Shown: piece by piece, positions 36,488-44,580 of the stretch | Layout: each line of letters begins with the position of its first letter | Position numbering within the stretch: the stretch's first letter is position 1 | Assembly: GCA_016218215.1 (NCBI GenBank) | Contig: JACREM010000069.1 | Location: forward strand, 1-58,866 | DNA length: 58,866 bases | Direction of reading: 5' to 3' | From: Candidatus Gottesmanbacteria bacterium | GTDB taxonomy: Bacteria > Patescibacteriota > Microgenomatia > UBA10105 > UBA927 | Program-made: the position numbers and the translations under genes | Notes under the pieces: generated by a model | Told to the model about the DNA's origin: nothing | What the model saw: the letters and a program-made list of their open reading frames with translations, nothing else | The model's database searches: none

Positions 36488-37316
36488 GGTAGTACAGTTC
36501 TTTTCCGCCGAAGCCTTCCTTGAATTTGGTAAATCCTTTCCACTGAGTATTTTCCTTAGGAATTCGTTCATCCCATACGCCGATAAAGTCAAACCATTTC
36601 ATCCTTTTTGTTTTTGACAGTTTCATGGCTTCAAAAACAAGAAGTGTCGGGGCAGAGAGTTTTTTCCCCTCATGTGTCGCGCCTGCGATCCAGTAATATG
36701 CTGTCTGTTTATGGAAAATGAGAAGGATGCCCCCGATAGGATTATGTGAAGCGGAAGCTGGTACTGTTTTATATGCAAGAAGAATAGATGCATGATCTGG
36801 TGAAAATGTATCCCAGAGTTCTCTGGTGCCGTGGGTTGTGATAAACCCTAAAAAACCTGCGGATGTATTTTTGACGGCAATAAGATCATAAATCGCGTGT
36901 GATTCCCGAATAAGCACGCCGTTTTTTTCTGCGCGCCTGACGGCGCGTCTCTTGGCTTCGGAAAAATGTCCAAATATGGTGTCTACAGGTGGTGCAAGAT
37001 CAGCGCGGATGGTTTTTGTCGCAAGATATGGAGTGGTATTGATTTTTACATACCCAGATAATGATTTGATCCATGGTGTAAATATTTGTTGAGATACACG
37101 TTCTGAAGGCTCAATAGCGAGAGTTTTGATGGTATATTTTTTGATGACGGCTAAAAGAGAAGGAAGAGGAGGGAGAGAGGAAATTCGCTGAAGTTTTGCA
37201 AGAGTGCCCAAAAAGGGAATTTTTTTCACGAATACTGCGCATTGACCAAGAGAAGTTACCTGCCAACCAAGTGACTGAATATACTTTCTATACAGTGGTG
37301 ACTGTTGAAGTTCCAT
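36471..37316 (-). CDS. FemAB-family peptidoglycan interpeptide-bridge aminoacyltransferase paralog (short)
   Basis: Similar to the upstream paralog in the C-terminal half (YYWIAGATHEGKKLSAPTLLVFEAM..., WKGFTKFKEGFGGK). Its ATG shares an A with the upstream TAA (TAATG). Confidence 0.65.
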   Translation of the reverse strand: MELQQSPLYRKYIQSLGWQVTSLGQCAVFVKKIPFLGTLAKLQRISSLPPLPSLLAVIKKYTIKTLAIEPSERVSQQIFTPWIKSLSGYVKINTTPYLATKTIRADLAPPVDTIFGHFSEAKRRAVRRAEKNGVLIRESHAIYDLIAVKNTSAGFLGFITTHGTRELWDTFSPDHASILLAYKTVPASASHNPIGGILLIFHKQTAYYWIAGATHEGKKLSAPTLLVFEAMKLSKTKRMKWFDFIGVWDERIPKENTQWKGFTKFKEGFGGKELYYPVSKL

Positions 37317-38341
37317 TATATGCGACTAAAGAAATGGAGAAGTGAAAAACGAGCGGTGTCTGCAAATGTATAGAGTGAATAGAGAACTGGCTGAAGCACT
37401 AGGTCAAATGAGCCGATAAATTCTATGAGAGTCGGACTATATCCCTCCTTAAATTTATGAAATCCAAACCAAGGATCCTTCTCGTTGGACCCGTTAGCTT
37501 TCGGAGGTCCGAGCGCTCCCCAGAGGTCTATGGTTTTTATACCATGCTTTTTCCCCCATCGAATAATCTCCCAGAGCATCAGATTTGGTGCCATGACGTC
37601 TCTATGATCCCGTGATGATGCACCGTAGGGATAATAAAGCGTGTCGTGGAGGATAAACATAACCCAAGCTGCAAGCGTTTTCCCTTCATATGTCGCAGTA
37701 AAGAGCTGTGCATTCTGGTTTTTTGAAAATATGTTCCAGAGAGTTTTCTGATAAATTTCGTTATGCGCATAAAACCCCTGTCTTTTGGTGGTTTCTTTTG
37801 AGAGTCTGATAAACTCTTCAAATGCATTGTCGCTATTATCTTCGGCAATTTTTACCCCTTTTTTTTGAGCGAGACGAATATTGTATCGGGTTTTTTGATG
37901 AAAAGACTGTAGAAGTTCCTCTTCGGTTTTTGCGATATCGAGAATGAATGTGTACTTCGTAAATAATGGATGATGGGATGGTTTTAGAGCCGATGGCTGA
38001 CAGCTTTCAGCTGACAGCTGAATATTTGGTTCAAGTTGAATAAATATAGCATTGTTCTTTTTTCCTAGATCCTTGAGGGTTGAGATCATGAAGTCATAAG
38101 GTTTTGGACCTTTGGGGAAATACCCGATTGTATATGGCAATTTTGGAATTTTATGAAATGAAATCTGCCATGCATCGACTGGTTTTTTATTTTTGAGCAT
38201 GAGGAGTCGTTCGACTTTTACGCCCATCGCTTTCCGAAATTCCCCCCACGCCCATGATTGGAGTGGATGAGTAGCGAGTGAGTCCCACAGCGATCGGTCA
38301 GATTTTTCTGGAGTGCGCATCGACAGATTTTCTGAAGTCAT
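37316..38341 (-). CDS. FemAB-family peptidoglycan interpeptide-bridge aminoacyltransferase (lipid II amino acid transferase)
   Basis: HPLQSWAWGEFRKAMG, TRYNIRLAQKKGV, LYYPYGASS, PNLMLWEIIRW, FGFHKFKEGY. Confidence 0.75.
   Translation of the reverse strand: MTSENLSMRTPEKSDRSLWDSLATHPLQSWAWGEFRKAMGVKVERLLMLKNKKPVDAWQISFHKIPKLPYTIGYFPKGPKPYDFMISTLKDLGKKNNAIFIQLEPNIQLSAESCQPSALKPSHHPLFTKYTFILDIAKTEEELLQSFHQKTRYNIRLAQKKGVKIAEDNSDNAFEEFIRLSKETTKRQGFYAHNEIYQKTLWNIFSKNQNAQLFTATYEGKTLAAWVMFILHDTLYYPYGASSRDHRDVMAPNLMLWEIIRWGKKHGIKTIDLWGALGPPKANGSNEKDPWFGFHKFKEGYSPTLIEFIGSFDLVLQPVLYSLYTFADTARFSLLHFFSRI
37996..38023. repeat. Heptanucleotide array (GCTGACA GCTTTCA GCTGACA GCTGAAT) inside the FemAB gene
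   Basis: It encodes IQLSAESCQPS. The unit is one substitution away from the tsaD GCTGACG array. Confidence 0.8.
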
Positions 38342-38386
38342 GAGCGTATTATCGCTCTTTTTTTCGTGTGGTACAATGGATATACC

Positions 38387-38605
38387 ATGAAGTCAAAGAC
38401 AGCAAAGAAGAGGATAACGAAACATGAGAATGATTTTTCATGGTTGCCTATTGATTCACGACTTCTTCCGCATCTGTTTTCTTTTGGTCATGTAAAGGGG
38501 ATAGCACGGGTGTTTATCGAGATAGAGATGATACTGTCCGTGTTTGTTGTTCTTGGAACATTTCTCGTTGTCCTCATGAAAATATCCGGTGTTTACAATA
38601 GGTAA
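38387..38605 (+). CDS. Candidate small protein (72 aa) with basic N-terminus and C-terminal TM helix
   Basis: ATG at 38387 with extended -10 TGgTACAAT (38369-38377) 9 nt upstream. MKSKTAKKRITKHEND..., C-terminal ILSVFVVLGTFLVVLM. The 3-prime end overlaps the pcrA stop by 13 nt. Confidence 0.3.
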   Translation: MKSKTAKKRITKHENDFSWLPIDSRLLPHLFSFGHVKGIARVFIEIEMILSVFVVLGTFLVVLMKISGVYNR

Positions 38606-40449
38606 TCATCTCTTTGAAATCCACGGCTTGCATCAAGTGATACTTGAAGATGGAGTGTCCACTGCGGAATGTCAGAGATAAATCGCGAGATGATGTTTTC
38701 CGTTCGTGTACCAAAAAATAACCGTTTATTTGCGTGGGTGAGATAAATTTGCTCTTTGGCTCGCGTGAGTGCGACATAGCAAAGGCGACGTTCTTCTTCG
38801 AGCTCATCTTTATCCATGACAGATCTACTATGAGGGAATAACCCTTCTTCCATGCCGATAAGAAATACTATGGGAAACTCAAGGCCTTTGGATGCATGGA
38901 CTGTCGTCATAACAACGGCTTTTTTTTTGTCTGTGTTCGATTTTGATCGTGGTTCAGATGCTTGTTCAACCAAGGAAATGGTTTCCAAAAATTCGCGAAG
39001 AACGGGAAATTCCAGAGCCACAGACCGAAGCTCCTTGATATTTTCAATTCTCGATGCTTCTTCCTCCACATGAGCATCATAAAGAGAAAGATATGATGTG
39101 ACAGACAGAATGTCATCAAGAATTTCAGTGGCCGTACGCGCGATAAGTGCATCTTCTGATTCTAGGGTCTTGCGATAGTCAAGAAATTTTGCCAGTTTTG
39201 TTTTTCCAATTTTTTCGGCTCTTCGAAATGAGACTTCATCTTTTTTGTTTTCTATGAGACGCAAGTAACAGAGAACATCTTTTATCTCTTTTCGTTCATA
39301 AAATCTCGTGCCTCCTACAAGAGCATACGGGACTCCGGCACGGATAAACGCTTCTTCTAGTACTCGAGACTGAGCGTTTGTTCTATAAAGAATAGCAAAA
39401 TCTTCATATGGGCGTCCTGACTGCAGTACTGTTTGGAGGATAAAAGACGCCTCATCATGTTCGTTTCTGGCTTCATACAGTGTAATTTTTTCGCCTCCGG
39501 CTTTATTGGTCCAAAGTTTTAGAATTGGATGACTTTTATTTTTTGCGATTACTCCATACGCTGCGTCGAGAATGATCTGTGTAGAACGATAATTTTGAGA
39601 AAGATGAAATTCTTTTGCCTCCGGATAATCGGATTTAAAATTGATGATATTTCGAAAGTCAGCTCCCCGCCAGCGGTAGATTGATTGAGAAGCGTCGCCG
39701 ACGACGGAAATATTCCGAAACCGTTTTGCTAGAAGTTTTGTCAGTTCATACTGTGCTTTGTTTGTATCCTGATATTCATCGACAAAAATATAGCGAAATC
39801 GATTCTGATAACTTCCTAAAACTTCGCTATTTTTTTGAAACAGAGAAACGGTATATGACAAGAGGTCATCAAAGTCCAGCGCGCCATTTTTTGCAAGCGT
39901 CGACTGGTATTTTGCGTAGACAGTAGACACAATTTCCTGAAAATACCCTCGCGCTATCCCTCCATAGTCAGATGGAGAAATGAGTTCATTTTTTGCTTCA
40001 GATATAGTATGAAGAACGCTGCCCGGATTGGTATTTTTCGTTGAAATATCAAGCTCTTTCATAATTTCTTTTACCGTGTCGAGCTGGTCGGAATCATCGT
40101 AGATGACAAAATTTTGCGGAATGCCTATGTGTTTTCCGTCTCTTCGAAGGATGAGCGCTGAGAGGGCATGGAACGTTCCGGCATAAGGGATTGCGTTTGT
40201 ATGGTGTGATTCTTGAGCGAGAAGCGAGGCAATGCGTTCTTTCATCTCCATCGCGGCTTTATTTGTAAATGTCACCATAAGTATTTCTAAGGGAAGAATG
40301 TGTTTTTCCGAAATAAGATATGCGCTTTTATGTGTGAGCACTTTTGTTTTTCCGCTTCCGGCGCCTGCAAGTATGAGAGCCGGTCCGTCTGCATGGAGTA
40401 CCGCTTCCTGCTGTTCGGTATTTAGGCCTTGAAGAAGAATGGATGCCAT
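38593..40449 (-). CDS. pcrA: ATP-dependent DNA helicase PcrA/UvrD (short form)
   Basis: LNTEQQEAV, AGAGSGKTKVLT, DEYQDTN, VGDASQSIYRWRGA, TVHASKGLEFP, YVALTRAK. Start moved to the ATG at 40449 (MASILLQGLN). Confidence 0.9.
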   Translation of the reverse strand: MASILLQGLNTEQQEAVLHADGPALILAGAGSGKTKVLTHKSAYLISEKHILPLEILMVTFTNKAAMEMKERIASLLAQESHHTNAIPYAGTFHALSALILRRDGKHIGIPQNFVIYDDSDQLDTVKEIMKELDISTKNTNPGSVLHTISEAKNELISPSDYGGIARGYFQEIVSTVYAKYQSTLAKNGALDFDDLLSYTVSLFQKNSEVLGSYQNRFRYIFVDEYQDTNKAQYELTKLLAKRFRNISVVGDASQSIYRWRGADFRNIINFKSDYPEAKEFHLSQNYRSTQIILDAAYGVIAKNKSHPILKLWTNKAGGEKITLYEARNEHDEASFILQTVLQSGRPYEDFAILYRTNAQSRVLEEAFIRAGVPYALVGGTRFYERKEIKDVLCYLRLIENKKDEVSFRRAEKIGKTKLAKFLDYRKTLESEDALIARTATEILDDILSVTSYLSLYDAHVEEEASRIENIKELRSVALEFPVLREFLETISLVEQASEPRSKSNTDKKKAVVMTTVHASKGLEFPIVFLIGMEEGLFPHSRSVMDKDELEEERRLCYVALTRAKEQIYLTHANKRLFFGTRTENIISRFISDIPQWTLHLQVSLDASRGFQRDDYLL

Positions 40450-40467
40450 AGGGTATAATAGTATCAC
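40450..40467. promoter_or_regulatory. 18-bp divergent pcrA/tpiA intergenic region holding a shared TATAATA box
   Basis: AGGGTATAATAGTATCAC. TATAAT (40454-40459) is 8 nt from the tpiA ATG. On the other strand, TATTAT (40455-40460) is 5 nt from the pcrA ATG. Confidence 0.5.
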
Positions 40468-41136
40468 ATGAAACGACCCCTTATCGTCGGAAATTGGAAG
40501 AGCAATAAGACGAGCACAGAGATGCTGTCTTGGATTGATGAAGCAGTGAAACAAAAAGAATTCATCAATATATTTCCGGGACAAATGATCATCTGTCCGC
40601 CATTTCCGTATCTTGATCTATTCTCAAGAGAGATATTGAAGCATAAACTCCGTATCGGTATCGGGGCACAGGATATTTCTCCGTTTGAACTTGGTGCTTT
40701 TACCGGTGAGGTCGCGGCTGAGCACGTAAAAGAATATGCATCATTTGTGATCATAGGTCATACTGAACGGAGAAAATATTTTTTGGAGTCAGATGAATTG
40801 CTTTCAAAGAAAGTTGCGCAGGCAAAACGTGTGGGTCTAAGCGTGATCTACTGTGTAAATGATGAAGATATGTTTATACCAGATGGTGTTGATGTTTTTT
40901 CGTACGAACAGACGTGGGCGATAGGATCCGGTAAGCCTGATACGCCGGAACACGCAGCTCTTGTGATCGAAAATTTGAAAAAATTGCATCCAACAGTACT
41001 GTCTCTTTATGGCGGGAGCGTGACAAAAGATAATGTCTCCTCGTATATGTCAGAAAATTGTATAGATGGAGTGCTATTGGGCGGTGCGAGCTTGAAATTT
41101 GATTCGTTTTTTTCACTTCTCCAAGCGCTCTCATAA
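40468..41136 (+). CDS. tpiA: Triosephosphate isomerase (compact, 222 aa)
   Basis: IVGNWKSNKT (catalytic Asn/Lys), IIGHTERR (His), YEQTWAIGSGK (Glu), YGGSV. Confidence 0.88.
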   Translation: MKRPLIVGNWKSNKTSTEMLSWIDEAVKQKEFINIFPGQMIICPPFPYLDLFSREILKHKLRIGIGAQDISPFELGAFTGEVAAEHVKEYASFVIIGHTERRKYFLESDELLSKKVAQAKRVGLSVIYCVNDEDMFIPDGVDVFSYEQTWAIGSGKPDTPEHAALVIENLKKLHPTVLSLYGGSVTKDNVSSYMSENCIDGVLLGGASLKFDSFFSLLQALS

Positions 41137-41151
41137 GAGTATAATCCCACT

Positions 41152-42174
41152 ATGAGAAAAAAATGGCTAGAGCGACCGTGGGGTTTTCTGACTACTTTTG
41201 CCTCACTTCTCCTTTTCGTCTGTGCCATTGTTGCTATACGCGATGTTTACGCGCTGCTCTCTCTAACTCATGTAACTATTCCTGATATGTATGCCATCGT
41301 TACATCTAAAGGAGATTCGTTGAAACAGGAAAATGGACGAACGAATATACTTCTATTGGGCTCCGGCGGCGGGACGCATGAAGGAAGCGATCTCACTGAT
41401 ACGATCATCATATTTTCTTATTCTTATGCATCAAAGTCAGCATCTCTAATCTCTGTGCCTCGCGATATCTGGTCTGAGACTTTGAAAGACAAGATAAATT
41501 CGGCATTTCATTATGGGGAAGAGAAAGCGAAAGGGGGAGGGTATGCTATGGCGCGAGCGATAGTAAGCGAAGTTACCGGCATACCGCTGCACTATTCCGT
41601 ATCTATGGAATTTTTTGGTTTTAAAACAGTGATAAATACTGTTGGGGGTATTGATGTTTTAGTATCTCAAGGGTTTACTGACTCAGAATATCCTATTGAA
41701 GGAAAAGAAAATGATGCGTGCAATGGCGATCCGCTGTATAGGTGTCGGTATATGACTGTTGTGTTTATAAAAGGAAGGGAACACATGAATGGCGATAGAG
41801 CGCTTGCATACGTAAGAAGTCGGCATGCAGATGGGGTAGAGGGCACTGACTTTGCACGGAGTAAACGCCAACAGGAAGTGCTCTCTGCGTTGAAGTCAAA
41901 GTTTTTTGATCCTCAGGTTTGGTATTCTCTCGAGTCTATAAAAAATGTCTATACATCTCTTGATACTGCGGTAAATACTGACATGGCCATGAAAGAAATC
42001 GGGATACTTGGGAAACTTTTTTGGTTGTCAGAACGGGAATCTATTGCAAAAATCAGTTTTGAAGATTTACTTATGAGTCCTTCGGAGGATCTCTATGAAG
42101 GAAGATATGTGCTATTGCCGCAAAGCGGAACGTTCGATGCAATCCATACGTATCTCAAGCAAAAACTCCAGTAA
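41152..42174 (+). CDS. LytR-CpsA-Psr (LCP) family cell-wall glycopolymer ligase
   Basis: TM anchor, then NILLLGSGGG...SDLTDTIIIFSY...SLISVPRDIW...GGIDV...ALAYVRSRH...DFARSKRQQEVL. Confidence 0.85.
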   Translation: MRKKWLERPWGFLTTFASLLLFVCAIVAIRDVYALLSLTHVTIPDMYAIVTSKGDSLKQENGRTNILLLGSGGGTHEGSDLTDTIIIFSYSYASKSASLISVPRDIWSETLKDKINSAFHYGEEKAKGGGYAMARAIVSEVTGIPLHYSVSMEFFGFKTVINTVGGIDVLVSQGFTDSEYPIEGKENDACNGDPLYRCRYMTVVFIKGREHMNGDRALAYVRSRHADGVEGTDFARSKRQQEVLSALKSKFFDPQVWYSLESIKNVYTSLDTAVNTDMAMKEIGILGKLFWLSERESIAKISFEDLLMSPSEDLYEGRYVLLPQSGTFDAIHTYLKQKLQ

Positions 42175-42178
42175 TTTT

Positions 42179-42964
42179 TTACCAGACAAGGCCGATGAGA
42201 AGAAGCAGGAGTCCGCTTCCGACAACTGACGCTCCAAGCACTGCGCCAGTACCCGAGACTGGGATTTTTGGTACCGGCGCTTCCGTCGGTGTGACACAGA
42301 GACAATTTGTACTCGTGGGACAACTCGGGTTTCGACAGACTCCATTGGAACATAACATGCCCGAAGTACAATCTGTTGAAGTCGAACATGTCGTGCCGCA
42401 GTATGGAGCAGGGGTCGGTGTTGGGCCGGTTCCTATAGGAATAGAAACCTTACAGACATCAGGAGTGGTGGAGTAGGTTCCATTGTTATCCCGGACCCTA
42501 CACGACGCGCCAAATGTGCCGCCTCTGGTAAATGTGTAGGTCGACGAAATCGATCCAGGGCTCCCTACATCTTTTTCGACAACCTTTGTATTGCCATCTC
42601 CAAAGCTAAATTCTGCCGCGAGGATTTTTCCGTCCGAGTCACGACCCGTACACGTAAATTCAACGGTCAGAGGAGAACTTGAGCCTGAATTTGGGTTTGC
42701 GGTGAGTTTTGTACATTCCGGGACGTTGTTTGATCCTCCTGGTGTAGGCGTTGGTGTTGGTGTAGCGGTCGGTGTAGGGGTAGGGCCAAGAGCAAACGTA
42801 AGCGTACATGCGGGCTCAGCGGCTTTTGGGGTAATCTGCGGTACCGTCGGAGCCACAGAATTTTTCTGTTCAAGTTTTTGTGTAGTAAGAAATATAACAG
42901 CCCCCATGCCCGCGACAAAAAGGAGAGTGAATAATATATTGAGTATTTTTTTTAGTTTTTGCAT
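42179..42964 (-). CDS. Surface protein: signal anchor, (PT)n linker, PKD-like domain, Cys-rich knot, C-terminal IPVSG + TM sorting-type signal
   Basis: PTPTPTATPTPTPTPG linker. PKD-like SPLTVEFTCTG...FSFGDGNT...TYTFTRGGTFGASCRVRDNNG. C-terminus KIPVSGTGAVLGASVVGSGLLLLLIGLVW. Confidence 0.6.
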   Translation of the reverse strand: MQKLKKILNILFTLLFVAGMGAVIFLTTQKLEQKNSVAPTVPQITPKAAEPACTLTFALGPTPTPTATPTPTPTPGGSNNVPECTKLTANPNSGSSSPLTVEFTCTGRDSDGKILAAEFSFGDGNTKVVEKDVGSPGSISSTYTFTRGGTFGASCRVRDNNGTYSTTPDVCKVSIPIGTGPTPTPAPYCGTTCSTSTDCTSGMLCSNGVCRNPSCPTSTNCLCVTPTEAPVPKIPVSGTGAVLGASVVGSGLLLLLIGLVW

Positions 42965-42968
42965 ATGT

Positions 42969-44510
42969 TTATTTCCACGCTCCGTTTACGAGCACTTCTG
43001 CCTCTATTGAGAAATTCGTCGTTCCGGCTGGGATGGTAAATGCGACGGTGTATTCATTCTGTGCGTTTAACGTCGATGACTCGTTCCAGCTGCCGCCATT
43101 CACTCTAATTCTACCCTTTGACGCATTGGTTCCGGCAACTGCCAATACGACTGCGTCTCCGGCTTTCAGCGTCGCGGGATCCACTGCCACAGTATCTTTA
43201 TACACTTTTATTCTTGTACATTGTCCGCCGGGTGGAAGTGTTCCAGTTCCAGGAGGTGGCGTTCCGGTTCCGCCAGGAGGTGGCGTGCCGGTCCAGCCGG
43301 GAGGAATGGTGACAGGAGGTGTGATTTTCGGCGGCGGCGTTATTGTAATGCCACATTTTTTCTCAAAATCTTTCCAATCATTGCTCGTTGTTGAATCTGT
43401 CCAGCCTTCTGCTTTCCAGTAGCCACCTCCGCATCCTTCAATCCATGTACATTTTGAAATAAATGGATCTGGGATACACTTATACAAATCTGTTCCACCA
43501 TGATCTCCGGGAGTACAGGAATCAACACCAGTTTTCGGCGGACAACAAGCATCTGTTTTATTTGCCCTAGGCCATGAGCAAACCGGGATAGTGCATGTTG
43601 CCGTAAGATCTGGTTGCCACCCCTTGTCTCCCTGACAGATATATCGAGTGGATGTCTGACCATCTAAACATTCTGCGTTCTGTACTGCACCAACAGGCAA
43701 ACATGGTTGCCACGCTATAATTTTTCCAGGAGTAGGTGGAGGAGGAGTCGCTTTGAACAAATTATCGCAAATGGCTTTACCATAGAGCAATAGACAATCA
43801 GAGTATTGTTTTTCTATGGTTATGATCGGAGTTGTCGGGTTATTACATGCTCTGACGCAGCGAGGGTCTCCTTGGCAAAGCGTCGCGCATTGTCCGCTTG
43901 AAATTGATGGTGAAGGAAATATACTTATCGTTGAACACAAGCTTGTACAATATCCTCCATCATGGCCAGTTTTGAAACAATCATTCATGCATGAGGCGCT
44001 TGTTGTTGGACTTGGAATAATAAGTGTCGGAACTGTACCACATTCGACGCGGCATTCGCTTGGACTATCTCCACGCTTTCGGCAATCATTCATACAATTT
44101 TCTATTGCCTGAGGATTTGGGCTAATTGAGTAGTTTGGGTTCGTATTTCCAGCAGCTTTACTTCTAACATCAGTCGTTTGTTTTTTCTGGTTCATGAAAC
44201 TTACCACTAACGGGAGGGATAATAGTAAAACAAGAATTCCTGCTATTAGAACACTTACCCCTCTGGATTTTTTGGGTGACTTTGGCGGTGGCGTGACATC
44301 CGTTTTTTTTACGAGTACAGCCATAGGTACCGGTGTACCATCAGAAACCGGCGGCTGAGCTGAGCCAATAGGGAGAATAGTTTTTGAAGGTTCCGCGTTT
44401 GAAGCCGTTGGTTGATTTTGTTCGTTTAATATAGAAGCGATAAGATCTGCTCCTGGGTCATCAGCAGGTTGGTTTTGTGTTTCGGTATTTGGTTTTATCG
44501 GATCTGACAT
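42969..44510 (-). CDS. Cysteine-rich surface protein with three tandem twin-Cx3C modules and C-terminal beta-sandwich-like domain
   Basis: About 85-aa Pro-rich N-tail and one TM, then CMNDC-x9-CRVEC, CMNDC-x9-CTSLC, CATLC-x5-CVRAC, followed by many further Cys. ATG at 44510 preferred over TTG at 44528. Confidence 0.6.
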   Translation of the reverse strand: MSDPIKPNTETQNQPADDPGADLIASILNEQNQPTASNAEPSKTILPIGSAQPPVSDGTPVPMAVLVKKTDVTPPPKSPKKSRGVSVLIAGILVLLLSLPLVVSFMNQKKQTTDVRSKAAGNTNPNYSISPNPQAIENCMNDCRKRGDSPSECRVECGTVPTLIIPSPTTSASCMNDCFKTGHDGGYCTSLCSTISIFPSPSISSGQCATLCQGDPRCVRACNNPTTPIITIEKQYSDCLLLYGKAICDNLFKATPPPPTPGKIIAWQPCLPVGAVQNAECLDGQTSTRYICQGDKGWQPDLTATCTIPVCSWPRANKTDACCPPKTGVDSCTPGDHGGTDLYKCIPDPFISKCTWIEGCGGGYWKAEGWTDSTTSNDWKDFEKKCGITITPPPKITPPVTIPPGWTGTPPPGGTGTPPPGTGTLPPGGQCTRIKVYKDTVAVDPATLKAGDAVVLAVAGTNASKGRIRVNGGSWNESSTLNAQNEYTVAFTIPAGTTNFSIEAEVLVNGAWK

Positions 44511-44580
44511 ACAACAATTCGGCCACAATAAGCCTTATATATAGACTATGGTTTCGTGAGTCTTAAAGTCAAGCACTGTA

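Noticed and set aside
42591-43422. Plus-strand ORFs of 139 and 129 aa rich in GVGVGV and PGGG
   Set aside because: They are mirror images of the (PT)n and PPPGGTG linker-coding regions of the minus-strand surface protein genes.
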